Below are positions 25,601-36,660 of a DNA stretch of 64,000 nucleotides, one piece after another. The stretch is taken from positions 833,368 to 897,367 of the forward strand of contig RHPI01002533.1 of assembly GCA_009103225.1 (NCBI GenBank), in the 5' to 3' direction. Each line of letters opens with the position of its first letter. Position 1 is the stretch's first letter. Under the pieces are notes generated by a model that was not told where the DNA came from, searched no databases, and saw nothing but the letters and a program-made list of their open reading frames with translations. Made by a program: the position numbers and the translations under genes. This DNA comes from Chlorokybus atmophyticus (taxonomy: Eukaryota; Plantae; Mesostigma and Chlorokybus algae).

Positions 25601-26926
25601 TGTAGCCAGGCATGCCACTGGCACCAAACCTCTTCAGCCTCATCTTGGGGTCATCCTTCAGCATGCTGACCACCTGCTCACACAACACCTAGGTGAGTCC
25701 AGCAGCACACTGCACACATTATACACACACAACAGTCATGCACACACAGGCCTATTGTTCACACTTGCACACACAACCTTAACAACCAAGTGACTTCACC
25801 TTCTGAAACAGGGCTGGGCGGGTGACACCAAAGTTGCTGTCCGCACACCAGTTGATCCAAGTAACAAGCTCCTTCTCCTCCGCATCGCTCATCACAGGTG
25901 GCCTCCCCATAGGCACTGGAAGCTGCAGCTTCTCAGGGTAGTGCACATAGTCACAAAGGGTGGACTTGGCCACACCATGGGTGGCAGCAGATATCCTAAG
26001 GCCCATCCCAGCCTTCACATCATCAACAGCCACTGCCATCTTCAACAAGAGACCCTGACCCCGTGCACCCCAGTTGACATATCGCATGCCCTTGCGCCTG
26101 GTGGTGCCTAGGCAGCTTCTGAGAGCAGCCTTACTGCGCCCCCTGGCACGTTTGCCCAAGCGAGGTGCAGAGGGTGTGCTGCATGCTCTCTTGCTACCAC
26201 ACGTAGGAGTAGTCTCCTGCATTGCATAGCAGTCAGAAACATAGCAGCCCTAGCACACAACAGTAGCGGACTTGTATGACAGCAAGCATGTCAACACCAT
26301 CTCACCTCATCTTCTTGTGTGCATCCTGTTGTGCATTGACTGGCCTGCCCCTCTGGTGTGCCTCTCATGTGCACCATGAATGCACCCCTCCCTATTGCAA
26401 CTAACAGACAACCCTTCTCTCAATACACAACACATCCCCCTCACCAATGCACACCGCCACTGCCTCACCACCACACCACCTCAACCAACACTTGCCCACA
26501 CCCAACTTCAGACTGCTGCTATCAACTGACTCACAAAACTGCCAATTTTCGCACTTGTACATTACCCGCCACAACTTTCAAATGCCAAAGCTGTTAAGCA
26601 AACCCTTTTAGGGGGGTTAACTAGACAGCTCAGGCAGTCTACAGAGTTATCAAGCACCACCGTTGGCCAAGTACGACTCTATCCTTGAGGGTTCAAAGTC
26701 AAGTAAACCATGTTTCAACACTTAAAATTGAATACTTGACCGAGTGCCTTCGCGCCATTACTCAACCAATGATGGAACTTAGTGAAGGCATTGCGTTGGC
26801 TCACAGCTACACGCAACAACAACTACCTCATTTGGCCGCCAAATGCTGCACCTACAGCGTGGCAAATAGCCTTTAGCACGCCCTGTCCGAAATTATGACA
26901 CTGTCCGAACTAAGTCGGTCTTACCC
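22671..26926 (-). mobile_element. Complete pogo-type (IS630/Tc1/mariner, DDE_1) DNA transposon, 4256 bp
   Basis: Direct: TA at 22669-22670 and 26927-26928. Imperfect TIRs GGGCAAGACCAGTATATTTCGGACA (left) vs GGGTAAGACCGACTTAGTTCGGACA (right, reverse complement), 19/25 identical. Extra subterminal TGTCCGAA copy at 26884. Transposase inside. Confidence 0.9.
23570..26222 (-). CDS. Pogo-type DD35D transposase, 5 exons, 767 aa, apparently intact
   Basis: Direct: exons 26222-25800, 25688-25397, 25316-24913, 24840-24663, 24576-23570 total 2304 nt in frame. N-terminal HTH motifs (GVAKSTL, GRPPVMSDAEEKELVTW), NADETG, LLDGHSSR, HLMQ|VLDV; 35 residues between D2 and D3. Confidence 0.92.
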
Positions 26927-28789
26927 TAGCTTGCAATGTGAAAGCTTGAGGCCTTTGCAAAGCAAGCTTATATAGGATTTATTGTTGTTCTTCTTTTTTT
27001 GGGGGGGGGAGGGATCAAAGTCTTGCACTTAAAGACCAGCATGGAAAGTGTACGAAATGACGGCATGCGTAGTGTTGATGGTTGCATTGACATGTAGCGG
27101 GGGCAGCACATGCCACATATGGATATGTTGATGCTGAATGTCAACATGGCTCAAGCTTACCTTGTAACAATGCATACACATGTTTAAACAATATGTGCAA
27201 AAAATATGCGCCATGTCTCAGAGCATTGTTGTGTAATTATCATTGACTACCGATCAATTGTTTTCACGTAATATTAATGTAATAATAAATAAACCATGCT
27301 GTTTATGAACAGACATGATTTGTGCATGCTGAGGATTTCCAAACACATCAGAACTATTTGTTGACGATGAAATTCATAATCGACATACGACGCAAATCAT
27401 GAAGTTGTTAATATGAGGCTTGCATTGACATTTCTTGGAAAATGTTGTATAGCATAGTGAGTGCCATCATACACCAAAGTACGCATGTGATTAAATAAAG
27501 GAAACCGAATTAGAAGTAGTTACAAGTCATATAAACCCAACTTTTTGCGTAAAAATTACGCAGGTTCAAAAGTGTTGCTTAATGAACTCCGTTCGTGTTG
27601 TAGGCCAGCCATGAGTTATGTTTTATTTATGACATGAATCATTGCATTTACTGATGAGAGGCTTGAGGCTATTTCATGAGCGCAATTTGAGATCAAACAA
27701 GGGCGATCAAATTCTTTTACACCATAAGCAACAAGTAACACATCATTGAGTTCTGTACACTTCAACATGTGGATGCCTTTCATGTCAAAAGTTTTTGCCG
27801 AAACGGCTTCCATTCATTTGCACTGACAACACCTCCAACCATGCATTGTATGAGTGTGCTGAAGAGCTCTTACGGTTTCAGCAAGCAGTGCGACTTGCTA
27901 AGGTAACAATGATAGTTTGCCAGGTATGCTTGAAGTGTATGTGCTGGTCGCGGTGTGTATATAAAGGGTATGGTACCATGGCAACATGCATGGTGTGCGG
28001 GCAATGTGAGTGACATGCATGAAAACTAACCTTCACCACTCACATAACAGTCACCACCGGGCTGGTGCTACCTACGCTATGCTATGCTAGTACTAGCCCG
28101 CCCCGTTAGACATACAACAAGCATGCAGAGAACAGTACCTGCCCACAAGGGCTGCGGTTAGCAGCTGCTGGCTAGGACGGCAACGGCAGCAACAACAGCG
28201 ACGCGGACTCCCACGCCCTCCTCCCTTCCTCCTCCCGCCACCGCCACCTTCCCAACCCTTGCTCAGCAATGGCAGCCGCTGTCGCCACTGCCGCACCTCA
28301 GGGTTTCATCAGTTGCACGGTAGCACGATGCACAGTCACGCATGTCATGCATGTGCTGCAGCACTCCCTTGCTGCTGTCGCTGTGTGCTGGTCTGTGTAC
28401 AAAGATGCAAGGCGCAACTCTATGTCTTGCATTGGCGTTACTGAATAGCCTATACGCTGTCTACAAGCTTCCTACCTTAATGTAGTAGACGGTGTGTATT
28501 GCACAGCAATTGCGTGGAACTCGCATCTTCTTTACCTATAAATGCAGCTATCGCCATTGGTTGATACGACTAGTGTCGTCCATGAAGTTGCAAATGTGGA
28601 TGGAGCACAAACAAGTACAGCCAGAGTAAGTCAGTTGTCATGTTAGCCAGCCTGCCAGGCAGCAGTGACAAGAAACTCACAGCCAGAAGTAATGCGTCGC
28701 TACACTGCACACATGCACTGTTCGAAAAGATCCAAGGCAAAGTTTCCTACGCATGTAATAAATATTGCTTGACAAGCTTGCTGACCAGC

Positions 28790-30474
28790 TCACTTGTCCA
28801 TGCCAGTGCCTTCGCAAGCATCGCATGTGGTGCTGCCAACGCCCGCGCAGTATGGGCAGTGCTGCTCGCCTTCCTCAACCCACTCCATGAACTGTTCCTC
28901 GACATTCATCTGGCCCGTGCCTTCGCACTCGCTGCACACCACAACACCAGGCCCCTGGCAAGTATGGCAAGCCTTTGACCTCGCAGGCCTCAACTCGCCT
29001 GTCGAGTTGAAGGCAATCAGCCTGTCAGGTTCTTCCCACCGGTTCTCCCCAAGCAGGTACACTCTGCGCTCTTGCAGGTTGCCTTGCGCCTTGGTGGTGG
29101 CATACCTATCTGACTCAGGCCGTGCAACTGTGGCCTTTGCTGATGGCTGATGCGTTTTTGCTGAAGCTGAAGTTGTCACGCCGTTGCTGCCGGAAAGCAC
29201 AGATAGAGGGGCTGTTGGCTTGCCTGCCGCTTGCATGCCAGGTGCTGATGTGCGCTCTGCTGTGGGTGGCTTGGAGGACGCCGTCGACGTGATTGTGTCT
29301 GCCTTTGCGCTTTGAAGAGGAAACAGTCGGGACCATGTGCTCGGACCCACGATGCCATCCTCCTTCAGTTGCGCAGACGCCTGAACAACACAAGGCTTGT
29401 TGCAATCAATTGCAAGCGCAATTCATATGACGGCTTGGGTGCAAAGCCCTGTGAGGGAAATGCTGTTGATACAGGTTCCAATAGCAGACTTGCACCTGAA
29501 ATGACATGACAGCGTCCTCTGTTTGAGTTGAGAACATGAAAAACTCCATCTCTTCTTCTCCAGAGTAGAAGCCAAGCTCCTCCAGGCGGATCTGCAGCAT
29601 CAACAAGGCTCAACACAGCGATCGTACATGGTGAACCCATGCAATGAATCATAAATGGATGAGATGGCGCAGCGCAAACACTGCTTACTCTAGCAACTGA
29701 TACACATACCTGCAGTTCTTGCACGAGATCACCGTCAGCACCCTTGCGCAATGTTGGTCTCTTCTGTCCTGCAGCATTTGTAGCGGCGGCACCTTTCTGC
29801 AAGGAACTGGCACTTGGCGCAGTTGGCTTCAGTGAGGCTGCACTTGGAGATACTGAGGCAGCCGCCTTTGTAGTTGAAGCTGTCGCGCCAGCAGCATTGC
29901 CAACAGCTGCTTTGGGACTCGCACTTTGTGTGGATTGTGTAGAGCTGGTCTTGGGTGAAGCAGACTGTGAAGCTGGAGAAGACTTTGGGGACGCATATGG
30001 GGAGTTGATGGACGTCGAACCCACGACTGACCGTTGCGTCGATGAGGGCAAAGCAGGCGGTGCTGTGGTGGGTGTCGATGAAAGTGCAAGCTGAGCATTG
30101 GCTGCAGCAAGCTCAGCACGCAGCTCGGCGACTTGAGCGAGCAACAACGCTTCGTTCTGCTGCCGCTGGGCTTCCTGAGCTTCCATTCTGCTGCGCTCAC
30201 GCTCCCACCGCTGCTCCTCCCTCAACCAGCGCTGCTCTTCGCGCAGCCACCTCTCCTCTTCGCGTGCCCACAACTGCCGAGTGTGGTCCAGAGGATCGGA
30301 GGCCTGCGGCCCAAACTCTGCCCGCACAACAGCAAAATGCTCTGCAGCTGAGCCGTCTTGCATGTGCATTGCGGATGCACACAAGTGTCGCATCGACAGA
30401 GTCCCCAGCCATGCCTTCCGGAACAACTTGTCTGCTTCGCTTGGTCGTACTGCGCTTCTGGATGGACGGCGCAA
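28790..30474 (-). CDS. PTAC5: PTAC5-like protein (coiled coil + peptidoglycan-binding-like domain + DnaJ-type Cys-rich zinc finger)
   Basis: Direct: WLREEQRWLREEQRW, LRKGADGDLVQELQ|IRLEELGFYSGEEEMEFFMFS, RVYLLGENRWEEPDRL, CHTCQGPGVVVCSECEGTG...FMEWVEEGEQHCPYCAGVG. The 5' end is unresolved; a possible first exon is 31066-31007 (MMVACGPATVPALPAAAHTL|GTAAGC). Confidence 0.88.
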
Positions 30475-31708
30475 CAGGTGTAACTGCGGTGCGGCGCTGC
30501 CCGCCTGGATGTGCGCGAGGTGTAAGTCGTCATCATGATCATCGTCATCATCATTAACAACAACGAAAGCGACTCAGCAGCAGCAGAGGCAGCAACACCA
30601 ACTGCCACAGCAACCATGCATGTAGCACTGATGATAGCACGCCTACACACAACTAGGCGAACACTGGGCTGAAACATAGTGATGGGCTCCTAAACCAGCT
30701 GAGCGGTTGAGCTTGAGGCTTAACGTTGCATGCAATGATAGCTACGTGCGTTCAAAGACAAAACAGCCACAGTGGCAGGCGGCCAACTGCATGCAGAAGC
30801 CAAGCAACGGACTTTTGCTTCAACAGACTGCCATGCACAGCAAGTCTTACGGTTAAGACCAAACATACTCCACTTGTCACACCCAGCTGTGGTGACCAGA
30901 CCGGGGAAGGACTGTGGCAATGACCATGACTGCCACCAAGCATTGACTTCACGACAGCGTTATGGCTGCGGAGAGTTGACACTGGCTAGATGCAGCAGCG
31001 GCTTACCAGCGTGTGGGCGGCGGCGGGCAGCGCCGGTACGGTGGCGGGTCCGCAGGCTACCATCATCCTGCTTGCGTTGAGTTAGAGGGGTACACCCCGC
31101 CGACGCCAGCTGGCGCCACCACAGCGGAGACGCTCGCAATCCCGCCGCCTTTCTCCCTTTCTCGCCGCTCGGACCAAGACAACAACACCAAGAAGTGCAG
31201 TGCGACCCTAAGCAATACCGCTGCTCGGAAATTCTGCTTATGTGGCGCGATAAGCCTGCTGGTTGTTGTCGCCGTCGGCATGGTCGTTGCCATGGTTGTT
31301 GTCGTCGTGGCGCGTTGCTGACGGGGGTTCTTACAACTACCGGTTGTCAGTGGTGTTTGATATACAACAAACTTTACGCGGAGCTTAGACAGTGCTTGAG
31401 CTTGCATAGTCGCACTGTCTCTGGCAGTGCACTACCGTACATGCAACAACAGTGTGACAGCAGCATGGTGCACAGCTGAGCAGCAGGAGAGTGCACTTGC
31501 TGCTCCGTATTGCATTTGCAAGCAGCGGGTTGCTGCTTGCAACCGCATCCGACCAAGCTGAAGCAGATGGGTAGAACGTAGGCAGCACAGGAGGCTGTGC
31601 TGCGCGGGGGCAGCACAGCTGGCAAGGCGCTGATTGTGCAGGGCTGTGCTGCGTTTGGGAGCTGTTGGCCGGTGGCAGCAAGGCGAGGCGAGTTAGAAGC
31701 AGCGCACA

Positions 31709-34700
31709 ATGTTTTACGGCAAGTGCAAATGCGAGGCCAACCAGCCGCTGCATGACTGGATTTTGGAGCAGAAGGAGCTCAAGGACCCTTCCAGCGGCAT
31801 GGCCATTGCGTTTGGCAAGGCAGCAGGCACCATACGCCACTACACTCGCCAGATCACCTCCGCTGATGAAGCCAAAAGCCTCAAGTAGGTTTAACCATCA
31901 ACCATGTGGCAAGCCTTCGTAGTAGTAGCAAGAACAAAAGCTTACCTAGTTAGAGCTTGTTACAGCTGTTGCGATGTGTCATTGGCAATACCTGTAACTG
32001 TAGCACATAGAGTGCCGTTGTGTGTGCAGAATGTGCGCACAACCTGTGCATGCTTGCTTACATCATGATTCGTGTATACCACATTGAGTGTTGGTCATTT
32101 GCAGCAAGTGGGGATGGTAACAATGCAGCTTCGCCATTCCTGCAGGCACATTGGGGACGTCACCGCAAAGGTGATAGGGCAGTTTCTGAAGGCTGAAGCG
32201 AAGAAGGCAGCAGCTGCAGCGAGCGAAGGTGCAGAGCCAGAAGCAGGTTCGAGCCCAGCTGGTTCATCTCCGCCCGCTGCAGATACGCAACGGAAGCCTG
32301 CACAGCGCAAGAGCAGGTTTGAGCCTTTCATTGCTGGAGCGTCCGGCAGCCAACAGCAACAGTCGCAGAATGCACCATCGGCCTCTCAGCCAGCTGGTTC
32401 GTTTACTCACATTCCTCATATAGCAAAACGCACACTCTCCCTTGATTTGTGAGTGCATGCGCCTGCATGTGATCTTTTCTGCGGAGCAACACGTGTCCGC
32501 ATTTCGCCAGCGAAGCGCACCCCCAAACCACGGGAGTACGTACCGCAGCCAGGCACTTCAGCGCTTGCCCTCCTGATCACGCTATACGAGTGAGATCTCA
32601 AGTCTGTTGCAACAAGCAATTTCACACAATGGCAAGCGTTCAACGGACACTGTTCATGCTTAGGGCCCACTGTCACGAGCGGCTGGAGTTCCTGCTGAAA
32701 GAGGATCTCATCAACCGGGCTGAGGCAAGCAAGATTGCTGACAAGCCTATCAGGTGTGCGGGCATTGTCGGTATGCATTGGATGCAGCCTTGGTTACATA
32801 CCAAGCTTTACCGGTTGTGGAATGCTAGGAAAGAGGGCCCGGCCACTGGTGGCAGAGAAGACTGGTGGTCAGGTTGGAGCTGCATGAACAAGACGTTGAT
32901 CAACAAAGGCCTTGTAGTGAAGACTAGCGTCCCTGCCAAGTAAGTGCACGCATGTCAATCAGCGTTGACAAGTGTCAACGGCAAACAGCTTTTCCGCGTG
33001 CTTTCTGTTATATCAGGTGCATGAGTGCATGCTGCTGACGAGGTCAAACCAACCAAACAGCTTGTTGTTGGATCATTGCCTTGGGTACATCTAATGCCTG
33101 TAACAGAGCAACAGTTGCTACCCGCAGGTACCAATTGACTGAGGAGGGCCGACAGAAGACAAGCAAGTGGTATCAGGACTACCTGACACTCAACGGATCT
33201 GCGCGCACCGGTCCAGCTGCTGATGCTGCGCAGCCGGACTCCGGCCCACCCACGAGTGCACACGAAACACACTCAGCGCAACCCGCAAGTGCCCGGCAAC
33301 AGCCTGCTGCTGCGCATGCCAGTCACAGCAATGTGGCCTCGCCACCGCCAGACCCGATGGACGCTGGTCAGTTCAGCTGCGTTTCTGTTTGTGGCGAGCA
33401 TTGTGTTGGTCACCCCTATGTGAGAGTTGCAAACATGTTGTGGTATGACAGACACGGACGTGGATGAAGACGCAATGGATGACATGCCTGAAGGCTTCTG
33501 CGTGGTTGACGAGTTGAAAGTCAAGACACTCGTCACCCTGGGGCATTCTCTGGTAAGGATGCCTGTGCACATGGGAGTCGGGCGCATCCTTGTTTACCTG
33601 CATGATGTTAAGATATGCTCCAAAGCTATGCTGCAAAGACTTTGGGTTGTTGATGGTGAAGATCCAATCTCGTTCACCTACTGGATGGCGTTGATGTGGT
33701 GTTCATTGCAGTCCCATGCACGAGCCACTCTCGCTGCCGTTGACAATAACCTTCGAGATGCCATCCGACTGCTCAATCAGCAACAGGAACAAACAGTGAG
33801 TTCAAACCCAATCGGACTCTTCCTGTGGTGCCCACTTGTGTGCGGGTTGATAGTCCACGAGGTGTGTTGCAAAGTTTGCGGACCGGCTGTCACATTTTAC
33901 GAAACAAGCATAATCAACCGACCTGTACATACAGTGCTCATAGATGTTGCGTGTGACATTCAAGCAACTACCACAAACCTTCTGCACAGCTAGCCACAAG
34001 GCTTCGTCTTGTTAGAATTCCAGGTGTGGGTTGGTGCTACCGTATCAAGCATTCAGTGAAGCACTGATAGTCGTGTTGGTTTTATTTGGTTCTATTCATT
34101 GTAGAAGTGATTCGCTTGTCTACCAAGACCATGCTTCTCTGACAGGCTAGGGCAACGCACAGGTCTCAGGCGGAAAAGAACACTTCACAACTTACCTTAG
34201 TCAACCCACCATCGACTGCATCTCAACCAAACACGTTCAGGCAGCCCATGCACAAGTGGTCTGATGACTCAGCAGGTATTGGCATGATGAGAGGCTGCTA
34301 ACCCTGTCATACAGCTCTACAGCTGGCAATACATACGTAGCACTGCCAGCTGTAATGGCAATGGCAGTCCAAATATGGTCTGAAACTTACGCACCAACAG
34401 AGACTAACCGCAGATTCATCAAAGTTTTAAGCATCATGTGTGCAGGATTGAGGCTGAGCAGCGTGTTAGGCGACTTGATGCAGTCCAGCGACCCGGCAGC
34501 ATTCAACCCCCGTCTTCCACCATTGGCACCTGCTGAGGTATAAACACGGCTTTGCGCAATGCCGGTCGGGTTCACGCATCACTTGTGCCAAGGCAACAGC
34601 CAATAAGCAGACCATGCACACATACATTCAGAACAATTGTCTGACCATACAGAATAATAGTAACAGATGGCTGCTAATGCAGGCGTTTCGGGATGCATAT

Positions 34701-35828
34701 GATGTTGTTTTGCTGCTGGACTCGCGGGAGAGGTTCGGCAAGGGCTACCATCACGTTGTCCAAGAGTACCTGAGAGCAGAGGATGTGATGTCGGACACGC
34801 TGTTGCTCGGCACCGGGGATGCGGTGTGGGTGGCGAGACACAAAAGGACCGGTGAGCGTTATGTCCTGGACTATATCCTCGAACGCAAGGATGCTGGAGA
34901 TTTGTCAAGCTCCATCATTGATGGCCGTTACCAGCGACAGAAGGCCATCATGCTGGTAAGCATTTGCGCAACATTCCGGCACACAGACGAATGTTGCAAG
35001 ATGGTGAGTCTCGGTGCATGTGGCTGTAAACATGGTACAATGCCCATGTCATGTCACAAGGTGTTTGCGTGCTTGTGGGGCTTTGCACTGCCACACTTCT
35101 TCAACAAACTTCACACAACCAATCATGTTGGTTTGCCTAATGTCATATCGTCTCGTGATGCTGGCAGAACTGTGGAGTGCAAAATCTTTACTACTTGGTG
35201 GAGGGACCCGTCCCAGAGGATGACAAGAAGGTGTTCACAGCCATGCATGAGACGGACGCTGTGCACGGATTCCAGCTCTTGCGCTCTGCAGACATACGAG
35301 GTGAGCATATGAGATACTATCCCACAGAGGGTTTCTCAAACAGCAGCCTGTAGGTTGTAATGTAGCTCACTTTGTCACAGATACTGCAAGGCGATATGCT
35401 CAGTTGACCACAGCCATACAAGCAGCCTACAACGACAGGCGAGGCGCTCAATACGGCACCTCCACCCTCATGACCTGTGCCCAGTTCAACGAGTTTCTAA
35501 AGAAGCAAAAAGAGCAGACGGTGAAGGACATGTGGGGCTTGATGCTAGTGGAGGTCAGGTTTTGCAGCTGTAACTGCCGCTTGCCACTGTCCAGAGCGAT
35601 AGACACTCAGTCTCTTGGCGCTTGCAGAACTACGGTGTTGGAGGCGAGATTGCCGCAGCTGTCACGAGCGTCTATGAGACGCCTCTGTTGACTCTGCAAG
35701 CACTGCGGCAAGCGGGTCCGCATGCAGCTCGCAAGGCGCTCCAGCGGATTCCTTTGCGAAGCCGCTGCGTCGGTCCCACAGCCGCAGATCGCATCTACAA
35801 CTTTGTTGCGAGCTCCGGATCTAGCTGA
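31709..35828 (+). CDS. MUS81: Crossover junction endonuclease MUS81
   Basis: Direct: N-terminal HhH (EAKSLK|HIGDVTAKVI), winged helix (YVPQPGTSALALLITL, SGWSCMNKTLINKGLV, YQLTEEG), ERCC4 nuclease (VVLLLDSRE, GDAVWVARH, YILERKDAGDLSSSIIDGRYQRQK), C-terminal HhH (VGPTAADRIY). Confidence 0.92.
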
Positions 35829-36660
35829 TTGTTGCAGAGGTGTGGGGTAACATTGTGACAGCTTTGCGCACATTGGTACAATGTTGAAGGTAAAGTCTAT
35901 GCGGATGCTAGCATTGATACGTTACAATTACATTGTGACCTTCAACAGCCCAAGTTCAAGCTAGCAGGCGCACTATGCACATTGGTTGTGCCAAGCATTG
36001 GCACAACTACAAGAGCCTGGATAGTGTAGGGCCAGAGCCAATGTTGTAGCAATGGTTCTAGTTACAGAGAAGCAGGCTATATTATGCTGCCAATTCTAAG
36101 ACAACCGAGTTGTTGCACTGATTGTAATGAACGGTCTCTTCCTGCAAGTGTCTTAAATCAAGAGGCAGTGGCACTTGATTGCCAGTGTTGCAGCTGCTTG
36201 AAAGGCTGCCATGGCTGCGTGCAATATTCTCACGTGACTAAGTGCTGATATCTACAAGATAAACGCTCGACAGATAGCAGCCTTCTGCCTCCTGGAATGG
36301 AACTGGATTGCATGTCTTGTGAGTTATATAACACTTGATCCCCACACGGTCACTGCGACAGCATAACATGCCCACCAGATGCTGTCTGCTGCAGCAACAT
36401 CATGTCGCTTATCTGTACCGCAGCAGCAGCAGCAGCTTCATCGCGACTGCCTTGCCCACTAGCATGAAGGTGAATTGGACCGGCCCTGGAAGCAGCAACT
36501 AAGTGTTGATAGAAGGCAGCAATGAAGACCGCACTTCAACACACACAAACACACCATACCTGCCTCGCCTGTTGCTTTGCGATACAAATGCCAGTGCAAA
36601 GCTCGCATCCTCGGGTCAGCTGTCATCGTGATGACATTCCTTCAGCTGCTTGCAGCAAGG

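Noticed and set aside
22671-26926. Fanzor/TnpB cargo in the pogo element
   Set aside because: No RuvC-like D/E/D motifs or CxxC-CxxC finger were found in any ORF in the element arms or elsewhere in the window.
26930-28095. AT-rich block with a small hairpin (28055-28067) and CTAG|T at 28087 as a Helitron end; short ORFs
   Set aside because: The hairpin is weak and too far from the CTAG, and the ORFs show no motifs. It may be a decayed repeat or intron.
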